A stretch of DNA of 58,397 nucleotides from assembly GCA_001771935.1 (NCBI GenBank), contig MERD01000040.1:48058-106454 (forward strand). The letters are read 5' to 3'. The stretch comes from Betaproteobacteria bacterium RIFCSPLOWO2_02_FULL_67_26 (GTDB lineage: Bacteria > Pseudomonadota > Gammaproteobacteria > Burkholderiales > SG8-41). Below are positions 29,400-38,791 of the stretch, one piece after another. Numbering within the stretch: the first letter of the stretch is position 1; each line of letters begins with the position of its first letter. The position numbers were made by a program, and so were the translations under genes. Below the pieces are notes generated by a model that saw only the letters and a program-made list of their open reading frames with translations, ran no database searches and was not told the origin of the DNA.

Positions 29400-30376
29400 C
29401 AGTCGATTCTCTCCCGGATCTCGCGCACGATGCGTTCGACCGACGGAATGGTGTTGTCCTCCAGCTGGTCCGCCGAGGGCAGCGGCACGTGCGGGGTGGC
29501 GATGCGCATGATCGGGCCGTCGAGGTCCCAGAAGCACTCGTCGGCGACGATCGAGGCGATTTCGGCGCCCCAGCCGCACAGCCGCGGGTTCTCCTCCACC
29601 GTGACGAGGCGCCCGGTCTTCGACACCTCGGACAGGATGGTCTGCGTGTCGAGCGGCACCAGCGAGCGCACGTCGACCACCGTGCAAGAGATGCCGTGCT
29701 CCTTCTCCAGGACCTCCGCCGCCTCGAGCGCGCGGTGCACCATCAGCGCCAGCGCGACCACGGTGCAGTCCTTGCCCTGGCGCCGGACCTTTGCCCTGCC
29801 GAGCTGGTCCACGTGCTCGCCGTCCGGGACCTCTCCCTTCATCGAGTACAGCGATTTCTGCTCGAACACGATGACCGGGTCCGGGTCGCGCACCGCGGCG
29901 GCGATCAGCCCCTTCACGTCGGCCGGCGTGGCCGGCGCCACCACCTTCAGCCCCGGCACCGCCATCGCCCAGTTCTCGACCGCCTGCGAATGCTGCGCGC
30001 CAAAGCGCGAGCCGGCGCCGTTGGCGGTGCGGATCACCAGCGGCAGCGCGATCTGGCCGTTGGTCATGTAGCGCGTCTTGGCAATCTCGTTGGCGACCAT
30101 GTCCCAGCACACGGCGAGGAAGTCGGAAAACATGATCTCGGCGATCGGCCGCAGGCCGGTCATCGCGGCGCCCATCGCCGCGCCGATGATCGCCTGCTCC
30201 GATATCGGGCAGTCCCGCACCCGCCTCGGGCCGAATTTCTCGAGCAGGCCGACGGTCGCCTTGAACACGCCGCCGGCGGCGGCCACGTCCTCGCCCAGGA
30301 ACACCACGCGCTCGTCGCGCGCCATCTCCTGCGCGATGCCGGCGGCGACCGCGTCGCGATAGGTCAGTTCCGCCAA
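29399..30376 (-). CDS. 2-oxo acid/acetoin dehydrogenase E1 beta
   Basis: GEDVAAAGGVF, PISEQAI, AEIMFSDF, AQHSQ. Confidence 0.93.
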   Translation of the reverse strand: MAELTYRDAVAAGIAQEMARDERVVFLGEDVAAAGGVFKATVGLLEKFGPRRVRDCPISEQAIIGAAMGAAMTGLRPIAEIMFSDFLAVCWDMVANEIAKTRYMTNGQIALPLVIRTANGAGSRFGAQHSQAVENWAMAVPGLKVVAPATPADVKGLIAAAVRDPDPVIVFEQKSLYSMKGEVPDGEHVDQLGRAKVRRQGKDCTVVALALMVHRALEAAEVLEKEHGISCTVVDVRSLVPLDTQTILSEVSKTGRLVTVEENPRLCGWGAEIASIVADECFWDLDGPIMRIATPHVPLPSADQLEDNTIPSVERIVREIRERID

Positions 30377-31356
30377 GCCGCGCCTCCGTCCGCCCAGACG
30401 TTCTTCTCGATGCCGTCCAGCGACGGCGGGGACGAAGCCCTGGCCGCCGCGGTCGCCTCGTCCACCTTGCGCAGCGCGTCGCTCTCCAGGTCCTTCAGCG
30501 TCGCCTCGGCGACACCGAGCTGCGCCAGCCGCCCCCGGTACCTATTGACCGGGTCGCGCTGCAGCCATTGTTCCAGCTCGCCCTCGGGCCGGTATTTCGC
30601 CGGGTCGGCGCGCGAATGTCCGCTGTGGCGGTAGGTCATGGCCTCGATCAGCGCGGGGCCCCCGCCCTTGCGGGCGCGGTTCATGTATTTCACCGCCGTA
30701 AGGTAGACCTCGTCCGCGTCGTTGCCGTCCACCACCACCTTTTCCAGGCCATAGGCGCTCGCGCGGTCCGCCGCCGGATGCTCGACCGCGGTCACGGAGC
30801 CGATCGGCGTGTATTCCATGTAGAGGTTGTTCTCGCAGACGAAGATCACCGGCAGCTTCCACACCACGGCGAAATTGAGCGCCTCGTGGAACGCGCCGAT
30901 GTTGGCGGTGCCGTCGCCGAAAAAGCACACCGCGACCTGCTCGGTGCCGCGGTACTGGGCGCTCCAGGCGGCCCCGGCCGCCACGGGAAGATGAGCACCG
31001 ATGATCGCGTACGAGCCCATCGCGCCCTTGGCGACGTCGGTGAGGTGCATCGAGCCGCCCTTGCCGCCGAGCAGCCCGCACTCGCGCCCCATCAGCTCGC
31101 CCAGCACGCCCGTCATCGAGGCGCCGCGCGCCAGCGTGTGCGCATGGCCGCGGTAGGTGCAGAAGGTCCAGTCGTCCGGCCGCATCGCCACGCCGAAGCC
31201 CGCGGCGATCGCCTCCTGCCCCAGCGACAGGTGGCTCGTGCCCTTGACCAGGTTCTGCAGGAACAGATCGTAGGCGCGTTTCTCGCAGTAGCGCAGCTCC
31301 AGCTGCAGCCGGTAGAGCTCGAGCCGCGTCTCGCGCCCGATGCTGTTAGTACTCAT
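30364..31356 (-). CDS. 2-oxo acid/acetoin dehydrogenase E1 alpha
   Basis: TPP motif GDG...N (FFGDGTANIGAFHEALN), GKGGSMH, TYRHSGHS. Confidence 0.93.
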   Translation of the reverse strand: MSTNSIGRETRLELYRLQLELRYCEKRAYDLFLQNLVKGTSHLSLGQEAIAAGFGVAMRPDDWTFCTYRGHAHTLARGASMTGVLGELMGRECGLLGGKGGSMHLTDVAKGAMGSYAIIGAHLPVAAGAAWSAQYRGTEQVAVCFFGDGTANIGAFHEALNFAVVWKLPVIFVCENNLYMEYTPIGSVTAVEHPAADRASAYGLEKVVVDGNDADEVYLTAVKYMNRARKGGGPALIEAMTYRHSGHSRADPAKYRPEGELEQWLQRDPVNRYRGRLAQLGVAEATLKDLESDALRKVDEATAAARASSPPSLDGIEKNVWADGGAAWRN

Positions 31357-32710
31357 TGGCGATGGGCAGCTCCTGCGCCGGGAACAGCGTGATCACCTTC
31401 GCGCCCTCCGGCGTCAGCACCACCTCCTCCTCGATCCGGGCGGCGGAGATACCGTCCTGCGCCGGGCAGAAGGTCTCGACCGCGAACACCATCCCGGCCT
31501 TGAGCTCGTACGGGTCCTTGAACGAATTCAACCGCGAGATCAGCGGCCGCTCGTGCAGCCCCAGGCCGAGCCCATGGCAGAAGTTGAGCCCGAACGCCGC
31601 CATCTCGGTCTCGAATCCGATCTCCTGCGCCTTGGGAAACGCCTGCACGACGCGGTCCGTGGAGACCCCCGGCTTCAGCGAGTCGATGGCGCTGTCCATC
31701 CATTCGCGCGCCTTGCGGTAGGCGTCGTGCTGCGCATCGGTCGCCGAGCCCACCGTGAACGTCCGGTAGTAGCAGGTCTTGTAGCCCATGTAGGTCTGGA
31801 TGATGTCGAAATACGCCTGGTCGCCCGGGCGGATCATGCGGTCCGTGAAATTGTGCGGGTGCGGGCTGCAGCGCTCGCCGGCGATCGCGTTGATCGCCTC
31901 GACGCAGTCGGAACCCATCTCGTAGAGACGCTTGGTCGCCATCGCGACGATCTCGTTCTCCCGGATGCCGGGCTTGAGCGCCTCGAAGATGTCCTGGTAG
32001 ACGCCATCGCCCATCGCCGCCGCGATGTTGAGCAGCGTGATCTCGTCGTGGCTCTTGATCTCGCGCGCATCGAGCATCGTCTGCTGGCAGTCCCGCACCT
32101 CGATCCCGAGCTTCTGCAGCGCGAACAGGAACAGCGGCTCGACGATGTCGACGCCGAGCGGCATGTCGGCCACGCCCTCCTCGACGAGAATCGCCTTGAT
32201 CTCCTTTGCGGCCGCCTCGAACAGGCCGACCCGCGGATGGATTGCGCCGCGCATGCCGGGATTGCCGGCGCGCCAGTGATTCGTCGGCAGCCACGGGCAG
32301 TAGAGCCGGTGGTGCCGCGCGGCCGAGCCGAAGTCCCAGACGTACGGTTCGCCGTTGCCGGTCAACAGGCCGTAGCGGATCAGCTTGTCGCGCGCCCATT
32401 CCCCGATGACCGTCGAAGAGATGTAACGGATGTTGTACTGGTCGAACACGAGCAGCGCGCCCAGGCCCGAGCCGGCGAGGGCCTTCCGCGTGCGCGCGAG
32501 GCGGTACTCGTGCAGCCGGCGGAAATCCACCCGCTCCTCGAAATCCACCTGCATGCGCCCCGGCGCCTGCAGCGGCCGGTCCCAGCGGTGGCCGGGGTTG
32601 GCGGGATCGTACAGGCCGTCCGGCGCTTCCTTCGGCCGGCGCTTCGGGTCTATGCCCGACGCCTTCACGATCTTCGGTTCAACCTGCTTTCTCTTGCTAG
32701 CCATAAGCAA
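31346..32710 (-). CDS. M24 family metallopeptidase-like protein
   Basis: AREIKSHDE, HGLGLGLHERP, ETFCP, RIEEEVV. Confidence 0.88.
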   Translation of the reverse strand: MLMASKRKQVEPKIVKASGIDPKRRPKEAPDGLYDPANPGHRWDRPLQAPGRMQVDFEERVDFRRLHEYRLARTRKALAGSGLGALLVFDQYNIRYISSTVIGEWARDKLIRYGLLTGNGEPYVWDFGSAARHHRLYCPWLPTNHWRAGNPGMRGAIHPRVGLFEAAAKEIKAILVEEGVADMPLGVDIVEPLFLFALQKLGIEVRDCQQTMLDAREIKSHDEITLLNIAAAMGDGVYQDIFEALKPGIRENEIVAMATKRLYEMGSDCVEAINAIAGERCSPHPHNFTDRMIRPGDQAYFDIIQTYMGYKTCYYRTFTVGSATDAQHDAYRKAREWMDSAIDSLKPGVSTDRVVQAFPKAQEIGFETEMAAFGLNFCHGLGLGLHERPLISRLNSFKDPYELKAGMVFAVETFCPAQDGISAARIEEEVVLTPEGAKVITLFPAQELPIANEY

Positions 32711-32798
32711 TCATTCCGATCAGTGATTCGTTGCTCGTTGCTCGTCGCCCGATTTCCCCTGATAGGGAATCGAGGTGAGCGGCACGCCGCACCCATGA

Positions 32799-33767
32799 TC
32801 ACATCGGCTTGAGGCCGACCTCCTTGATCAGCTTCTGGAAACCGGTGTATTCGGCTTGCATCCGCTTCGTGAACTTCTCCGGCGTCGAATCGACGGCCGG
32901 CTCGGCCCCCTGCAGGGCGAAGCGCTTCACCAGCTTCGGGTCGCGCAGGAGCCGCGCGACGTCCCGGCTCACCTGCGCCAGGATTTTGCGCGGCGCTCCG
33001 GCCGGAGCGACGATCCCGAACCAGCCGTCGGACCGGGCGCCGGGGAAGCCCGCTTCCGCCATCGTGGGCACGTCGGGCAAGGCGATGCTGCGCTTGGCCG
33101 TGGTCACGGCGAGCGCGCGCAGCCTTCCATCCTTGATCATGGGCAGCGTCGACGGCACCGTGAATATGAAGTAGTGCACGTTGCCGGCCACGGTTTCGGC
33201 GAACACGTCCCCCAGCACCTTGAACGGCACGTGCACCGCGTCGATCCCCGTGGCGTGGTTGAAGATCGCCGCGCCGATGTGAGCGATGGTGCCCACCCCG
33301 ACTGAAGCATAGTTCATCTGCCCCGGTTTCGACTTCGCCAGCGCGACGAGTTCCCGCACGCTCTTCGCCGGCACGCGCGGCGAGACCATCAGGACGTTCG
33401 CGATCATCGCGACTTCGGTGACCGCCGAGACGTCCTTGAGCGGGTGGTAGGGCGGGTCCTTGCGCAGCATCGGCCCCACCACGTGGGGCGGCGCGATCAT
33501 CGCGAACGTGTAGCCGTCGGCGGTCGCCTTGGTCAGCAGGCTGCTGCCGATCAGGCCGCCCGCGCCGGGACGGTTGTCCACCACCATCTGTTGCTTGTAG
33601 GCGCCCGCCAGCTGCTCGCCGATTACGCGCGCGAGAAAGTCACTCGCCGTGCCTGGCGGCAGGGGCACGATCATGCGGATCGGCTTGGTCGGGTACTGCT
33701 CCGCCGCCCCCGCCGCGCCTACCGCCAACATCGCCGTCAATACCGCAGAACCGAGCTTGAGTAACAT
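32799..33767 (-). CDS. Bug/TctC substrate-binding protein
   Basis: YPTKPIRMIVP, DNRPGAGG, PDVPTMAEAG. Confidence 0.9.
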   Translation of the reverse strand: MLLKLGSAVLTAMLAVGAAGAAEQYPTKPIRMIVPLPPGTASDFLARVIGEQLAGAYKQQMVVDNRPGAGGLIGSSLLTKATADGYTFAMIAPPHVVGPMLRKDPPYHPLKDVSAVTEVAMIANVLMVSPRVPAKSVRELVALAKSKPGQMNYASVGVGTIAHIGAAIFNHATGIDAVHVPFKVLGDVFAETVAGNVHYFIFTVPSTLPMIKDGRLRALAVTTAKRSIALPDVPTMAEAGFPGARSDGWFGIVAPAGAPRKILAQVSRDVARLLRDPKLVKRFALQGAEPAVDSTPEKFTKRMQAEYTGFQKLIKEVGLKPM

Positions 33768-33791
33768 GGCCTCCTCCCTTTGATTGTGCTT

Positions 33792-34886
33792 CTAGACTGC
33801 CGCTATCCCGAGCTGGCGCGCCATCCAGTCCGCCGACTGGGAACGATAGCGGTAAACCCGGTTGTTCGCGACGTGATTCCCGTCCTCGATGAAGAACCGC
33901 ACCACGGGGCCGGAAGCGGACGCGGCTAGGCGCTCGCTTTCCTGCCACGGCACGATGCCGTCCTGTTTGCCCGCGACGACGAACAACGGGCAGGTGATGT
34001 TACCCGCAACGTCCTTGAGGGTGAGTGTCGCCGCGTGCCTGCGGGCCTCGTCATCGGTGCGGCTCCTGGAGCGCACCCGGAACGTGTGGCGCGTGAGCTC
34101 GGGCAACCGGTCGAAGCATTCCACCCACTCGAACGGCCCCGACAGCGCGATGCACGCCTTGATCCGTTTCTCGAACGCCGCCGCGCGCGGGGCATAGTAG
34201 CCCCCGAGCGAGACGCCCCATACGCCCGCACGCGATGCGTCCACGTCGCTGCGGGTCTCCAGAAAATCGAGCACCGCCTTGACCACCGCCTCGTAGTCGC
34301 CGCGGATCGCGAAATCGTACTCGCCCTCGCCCTGCCCCGGGCCATCGAAGGCGAGGGTCGCCATGCCGCGAGCGAGGAAGGCGCTCTCGTTGGCGTCCAT
34401 CTCTTCCTTGGCCGAGTCGAGGCCCATGCACATCACCACGACCGGCGGCCGCGCCACCGAAGGGCGCATTCCCTCCTGGACGCCCGCCGGCCTGCGAAGG
34501 TTGCCCGCCAGGTGCTTGCCTTCGTAAGGGACCAGCAAGCGCTCGCCGGGCGGCCGCAGGTGGGGCAGCGCCAGGTTGCGGCATTCGACCGCCTTCCCGT
34601 GCGCCCGCTTCATCTGCTCGACGTCCACGACGAACACGAACTTGGAGAAGTGAAAGCATAACGCCGCCCGCGTCAGATGCTCGCCGGCGGACAGCCGGAA
34701 GCCATCGGCCAACGCCGTGCGGCCGAGCTCCTCGTGAACGGCGGCCCGCGCGCTCCAGGCGCGGCACCAGTCCTCCCAGCGCTCGACCCCCGCCGTCACT
34801 TCCTCGAAATCGGTCAATGGAACGCCGTTCGACACGAAACGCGGCGCCCAATGCGCGATCGCGGACTGAACCCTGGCATCCGGCAT
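33792..34886 (-). CDS. Alpha/beta hydrolase (2,6-dihydroxypseudooxynicotine hydrolase-like)
   Basis: GLDSAKEE, DGPGQGE, GVSLGGYY, GNHVANN. Confidence 0.82.
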   Translation of the reverse strand: MPDARVQSAIAHWAPRFVSNGVPLTDFEEVTAGVERWEDWCRAWSARAAVHEELGRTALADGFRLSAGEHLTRAALCFHFSKFVFVVDVEQMKRAHGKAVECRNLALPHLRPPGERLLVPYEGKHLAGNLRRPAGVQEGMRPSVARPPVVVMCMGLDSAKEEMDANESAFLARGMATLAFDGPGQGEGEYDFAIRGDYEAVVKAVLDFLETRSDVDASRAGVWGVSLGGYYAPRAAAFEKRIKACIALSGPFEWVECFDRLPELTRHTFRVRSRSRTDDEARRHAATLTLKDVAGNITCPLFVVAGKQDGIVPWQESERLAASASGPVVRFFIEDGNHVANNRVYRYRSQSADWMARQLGIAAV

Positions 34887-34941
34887 GGCGGAATGTTATC
34901 AACAATCCGTCTGTTATGCGCGAAAACGGGTGGGGCCGACC

Positions 34942-35004
34942 TTCACCACGGTCGCGGTGGAGATGCTGCTGCGGGGGATCGAGGCCTTCGTCCGCCAGGT
35001 CTGA
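34942..35004 (+). pseudogene. Isolated 3' remnant resembling a MarC-family gene end
   Basis: FTTVAVEMLLRGIEAFVRQV-stop with host-like codons and no upstream gene body. Confidence 0.45.
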
Positions 35005-35155
35005 GAACCGTGATCAGTGACAGTGACCGGCCTTCGTCCCTGTTCAAAATCGGAAGCAGAATAGTATGTTCAGCACCAGCAATTCATGACCCGACAGCCG
35101 GTCCCGAGTCTCGTCGAACGCCGCGGCACGAACAAACCATTCACCCTGAGAAAGC

Positions 35156-35470
35156 TTATCCGTCCATGCCGAAGCTGACGATCTGGCAGGTGAATGCTGC
35201 CTGATCGTAGAAATAGTAAACAAATATGGCTCTCTGAGTTAACTTGGCCACTGTCACCAGCGCCCAGAATCGATTCTTATCCGCAACGGTCGCCGTGCTA
35301 GGGAAACTGAGTTGGCCGGAAGGACAAGGAGAAGACGTGAAATAAACCGCAACACCATCGCCAGGGTAGTTTTCCAGCCTCCAAGCCGTTGGCACCACGT
35401 TCATGCTAGCAACTTCCGCGTGTGCTTGGGGTAGAAAGCTAATCAACAGCACGAACAAGACCTTCTTCAT
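35156..35470 (-). CDS. Small secreted two-Cys protein (AB5 B-subunit-like family, copy A)
   Basis: SD ggagg; signal MKKVLF...AHA; C...KNRFWALVTVAKLTQRAIFVY...C. Confidence 0.8.
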   Translation of the reverse strand: MKKVLFVLLISFLPQAHAEVASMNVVPTAWRLENYPGDGVAVYFTSSPCPSGQLSFPSTATVADKNRFWALVTVAKLTQRAIFVYYFYDQAAFTCQIVSFGMDG

Positions 35471-35520
35471 CCCGCCTCCCTGAGCTACGTGGTTCAAGGA
35501 AAGACCGCGAAATTATTCAT

Positions 35521-35865
35521 CTATGGCACGCCAACGGTTACGGCGTAGACCCGGCAAAAGGCACTGCCGCTGCCCGGCCAGAGCGAATCGTCATATGCGT
35601 GCACCCCGATCACCTTTTCGGCAAGGGACGCTCCGATCACTATCGCCAAATTCTGCTTGAATCCAGGGTCGGAGGAGCGCAACCAGAATCCTGCACCGCA
35701 ACCCGGTGCGGAATTCGATAGCCGAAAAACGACATCGCCATTTCCGTATTCAGAATAGCTTTGGGGCCCCCACACGATTTGGCCGCTAACCGTGACTATG
35801 GCGGCCTTGGCGGCAGTTACTATCATAAAAGCAGCTATGGCGAATCCAATTACGAACGTTTTCAT
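35521..35865 (-). CDS. Small secreted two-Cys protein (copy B)
   Basis: SD ggaggg; signal MKTFVI...AKA; C...KQNLAIVIGASLAEKVIGVH...C. Confidence 0.8.
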   Translation of the reverse strand: MKTFVIGFAIAAFMIVTAAKAAIVTVSGQIVWGPQSYSEYGNGDVVFRLSNSAPGCGAGFWLRSSDPGFKQNLAIVIGASLAEKVIGVHAYDDSLWPGSGSAFCRVYAVTVGVP

Positions 35866-35929
35866 GTGGGTTCCCTCCCGAATGGAAAGGTGGTCCGCCC
35901 GATTGGCGCGTGGTCTGACGAAACCACTC

Positions 35930-36253
35930 TCAGGGCAACAGCACCACACCGTCAATTTCATTCTGAGAACCTACGCATCCCAACGTATAGATATTCACGC
36001 TTCTATTTGTTGAATAGGCAAGAATCAACGTACTCAAAATGCCTTTATAACCGGACCGTGTAGATGGAATAACTAACGAATGAATGCTCGGGTTTGCGCA
36101 ATTGTCGGGATTTCCATTTCCCGTGGCCAGCTTGACATGGGCTCCAACGTCATTGACGACCAGTTCACTGATGGTGGCGGGTCCGGTATTAGCGGCGAAT
36201 ACGTTACCCGTCAAAACGAAACAGGCGGCAATCGCAGTCGTTAGCTTTTTCAT
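35930..36253 (-). CDS. Small secreted two-Cys protein (copy C)
   Basis: Signal MKKLTT...VFA; C...KGILSTLILAYSTNRSVNIYTLGC. Confidence 0.82.
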   Translation of the reverse strand: MKKLTTAIAACFVLTGNVFAANTGPATISELVVNDVGAHVKLATGNGNPDNCANPSIHSLVIPSTRSGYKGILSTLILAYSTNRSVNIYTLGCVGSQNEIDGVVLLP

Positions 36254-36321
36254 CTAATTTCCTCTTCCAGTCTCCACGCCAGTTCTTTGTGTGCTTGATT
36301 GGCAGCCGGGTTGTACATAGC

Positions 36322-36660
36322 TCATGGAATATAAAACCAATCAACGCTTTCGGTGTCGCCGAGGTGGGAGCATTCTCCCGTTCCGTATATCACTAGCGAC
36401 TTATTTGTCGAAAACGCAGTTAGCACTGCCGCAGCCTGGAGCCTCCCCGCAGCCGTGGCCCCATTGAATGCGAATCGACCGGTATTCGTCGCACATGGCG
36501 GCGCGTTGTTGTGCGTGGACGACGTATAGAAAACGACCCTGCCATCAGGAAGGACGTGGAAGTTCGAAATGTTCCCGCCTCCCGTGCCCGCGCTCACGGC
36601 GGTTGGCGCGAGCCAAAGGATCGCCGCAACTGCCGCCATCAAGCGCCGCACGACGGTCAT
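36322..36660 (-). CDS. Small secreted two-Cys protein (copy D)
   Basis: Start reassigned; signal ...AVSA; C...RLQAAAVLTAFSTNKSLVIYGTGEC. Confidence 0.8.
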   Translation of the reverse strand: MTVVRRLMAAVAAILWLAPTAVSAGTGGGNISNFHVLPDGRVVFYTSSTHNNAPPCATNTGRFAFNGATAAGRLQAAAVLTAFSTNKSLVIYGTGECSHLGDTESVDWFYIP

Positions 36661-36770
36661 CCTTTGACGCAGCGATCCCAAACAAACAAAGTTCACGAGA
36701 CAGCTCATCGGCGTGCTCCTCCGCTCAAGTAAAGGGGTCGAATTAGTCGAACCTTGCGCCTTTAATTCCC

Positions 36771-37094
36771 TCATGGGATATAGCAGTTTTCCATTTGGCA
36801 AACGCCTGAACTCGTGTGGTACACATAACAAGCGAATCCTTTATTCAATGCATATGCAGTGAGCGCCAGACTGTAGTAAATCTTGTGCGCTGAATCGGTG
36901 GCCGGGCTGAATAAGGTTCCGTAGAAACCATTGTGATTGGTACACGAGTATCCCGTCGGGTTCGTCCCCCGGACATATACTTGGTCATTGAAAACCGTAA
37001 CTTGCGTCACTTGTTCCAAGTAGTGCCAGCCCGCAATGCAGGGGGTTGATACCAACAACAATGCGGATACCACTGCGAGAATGTAGATCCTCAT
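36771..37094 (-). CDS. Small secreted Cys-containing protein (copy E)
   Basis: SD ggagg; signal MRIYIL...CIA; C...KIYYSLALTAYALNKGFACYV...C. Confidence 0.8.
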   Translation of the reverse strand: MRIYILAVVSALLLVSTPCIAGWHYLEQVTQVTVFNDQVYVRGTNPTGYSCTNHNGFYGTLFSPATDSAHKIYYSLALTAYALNKGFACYVYHTSSGVCQMENCYIP

Positions 37095-37159
37095 TGCAGC
37101 CTCCCTATCAAGTTATTGGTGATTCCTACTGAATGTTCGACGCCGTTGTCGCAGTAAAT

Positions 37160-37573
37160 TTACACTGACCCTACTAACCTTTTCTTCGATCGATAAATGG
37201 ACATCGTTTTAGCATCCCCATCAACCAGCCTTTCAAAAAATAAGTCATCCATTGCCCACTCCGGAAAGCTCATCCATTTAAAAATCATAGTTCCTTTAAC
37301 CTTCTTGATTCCCACACACCATCCCTGAGGAACCGACCGCTCCTGCAACTCAAACATTTCTGCGGGGTAAGGATATGGATAATCACTGTCCTTAGATGTG
37401 TGCAAATACCACCACAAGCCGTCGTCTCGTTTCTCAAGTGCTTGGACCAAATATTCTTTGCCAACCGAAAGATCTCGAATGGGCCCCTCAATATGAATGG
37501 ATTGCCCAAGACGCGCTCGCACTTCAACGTCACCGATCTCAGCTAAATCATTGCATATACACTTCACACGCAT
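37160..37573 (-). CDS. Putative immunity protein for cassette 5
   Basis: Directly downstream of toxin; low GC; no signal peptide; LSVGKEYLV...YPYPAEMF...FPEW...FFERLVDGD. Confidence 0.7.
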   Translation of the reverse strand: MRVKCICNDLAEIGDVEVRARLGQSIHIEGPIRDLSVGKEYLVQALEKRDDGLWWYLHTSKDSDYPYPYPAEMFELQERSVPQGWCVGIKKVKGTMIFKWMSFPEWAMDDLFFERLVDGDAKTMSIYRSKKRLVGSV

Positions 37574-37610
37574 ATCTTTTCGATCCACAAGGGTTATCTT
37601 CCTCTGCTGC

Positions 37611-38540
37611 TTACTCCGCGTGCTTTGTAAATTTAAAATCCGTCAAGCTGCCAGTTTTTGGGTCTCTAACATAATGAACTGTAGAAGTCTTGCCAGCAGT
37701 AGATGTTTCAGTGTACTGCCATTTTTCCATCCCCTTGAATTTCGGATCACCGAGATTCTCAATGATCTTCGTTCCCTTCCCTTCCTTAGCCGCATCTAAA
37801 ACCATCTTATCCATTACACTTCTTGGCTCGCGGCTAAATTTGTCTGCTACCCTTGCAGTGATTTTCCCCTCCCTTTGTGCAGTAGCGGCAGTACTTGCGC
37901 TACGTTCTATCTGGCTTAATGTCTTCGCCGCGCCAATATTTAGACCACTTAATAAACCAGTTGCACCTCCCGCAATTGCTGCATCTGAACTTGCCGCGAT
38001 GGACCAATTGACCTGCCCAAACGCAGCTGCCTGGCTTATAGCGTCGGCAGCAACACCCAGGCCGTAACCAATACCTGTCAGCTTCGCAACCTCCACCAGA
38101 AAAACGGAGAGCGGCGAGTTTCCGTCTGGGTCCACAAACTTGTACGGGTTATTGTTCCCATACGCATACCGGTTGAAGCTGTGGAGGTTTTCCTCTCTAA
38201 ACCCAACCGCATCCACCCCCATAAACCGCCCCACCACCGGGTCGTAGTAGCGCGCCCCGAAGTAGGAGAGGCCCGTGTCCGCGTCAAACGCCTTGCCGTG
38301 GAAAAACTGCCTATTACCCGCCGCGGCGGACTCGTTTTTGGTCCGTTCCCCGTACGGCCGGTAACCCTCGCGCCAGACGATATTGCCGTCGATATCGGTG
38401 GCGGCGACGGGACTGCCCGCGACATCGGTGTGGATAAAGATGAGCGCTTCAGTCGCCTCTGCCGGGGCAGGTACGATGAGCAGCGCTATGGCAAGCGCCA
38501 TCCAGACTGGATAGAACCACTTGATGGATTTGGGTGTCAT
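37611..38540 (-). CDS. Signal peptide + Rhs core + toxin tip, cassette 5 (putative BECR-like RNase)
   Basis: Signal ...PAEA/TE; FIHTDVAGSP; ARYYDP..GRF; NNPYKFVDPDG; tip ends HYVRDPKTGSLTDFKF. Confidence 0.85.
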   Translation of the reverse strand: MTPKSIKWFYPVWMALAIALLIVPAPAEATEALIFIHTDVAGSPVAATDIDGNIVWREGYRPYGERTKNESAAAGNRQFFHGKAFDADTGLSYFGARYYDPVVGRFMGVDAVGFREENLHSFNRYAYGNNNPYKFVDPDGNSPLSVFLVEVAKLTGIGYGLGVAADAISQAAAFGQVNWSIAASSDAAIAGGATGLLSGLNIGAAKTLSQIERSASTAATAQREGKITARVADKFSREPRSVMDKMVLDAAKEGKGTKIIENLGDPKFKGMEKWQYTETSTAGKTSTVHYVRDPKTGSLTDFKFTKHAE

Positions 38541-38589
38541 CGAAAAATCGAGCCTGGCCTGAATTCCTAATTCGAATCCGCCCCCTCTC

Positions 38590-38790
38590 TTAGTCAAGCT
38601 TGGACTCCCAGTCCGGATCAATTTCATACAAAGCATCGCCGATATCACGCTGATGACAACCTTGCGCTTCCAACTGGTCGATCAGCTGCCGTAGTGGAAG
38701 TGGTGCGCTTAATCTCCACGGTTTTCTTGAATGAGGCGGTGTGGCCTCAGCCTCGTATTTATCACCGAGCTTCTTGATTGACAGAGTCAT
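38590..38790 (-). CDS. Putative immunity protein for cassette 4
   Basis: 66 aa; starts 1 nt after the toxin stop. Confidence 0.7.
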   Translation of the reverse strand: MTLSIKKLGDKYEAEATPPHSRKPWRLSAPLPLRQLIDQLEAQGCHQRDIGDALYEIDPDWESKLD

Positions 38791-38791
38791 G

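Noticed and set aside
26355-30071. 1238-aa plus-strand ORF and many other long antisense ORFs
   Set aside because: Shadow frames of well-supported minus-strand genes in high-GC DNA; no recognisable motifs
35156-37094. Small genes as an orphan immunity array
   Set aside because: All have signal peptides and share one two-Cys pattern with two genes upstream of the shell, unlike the unrelated cytoplasmic immunity genes
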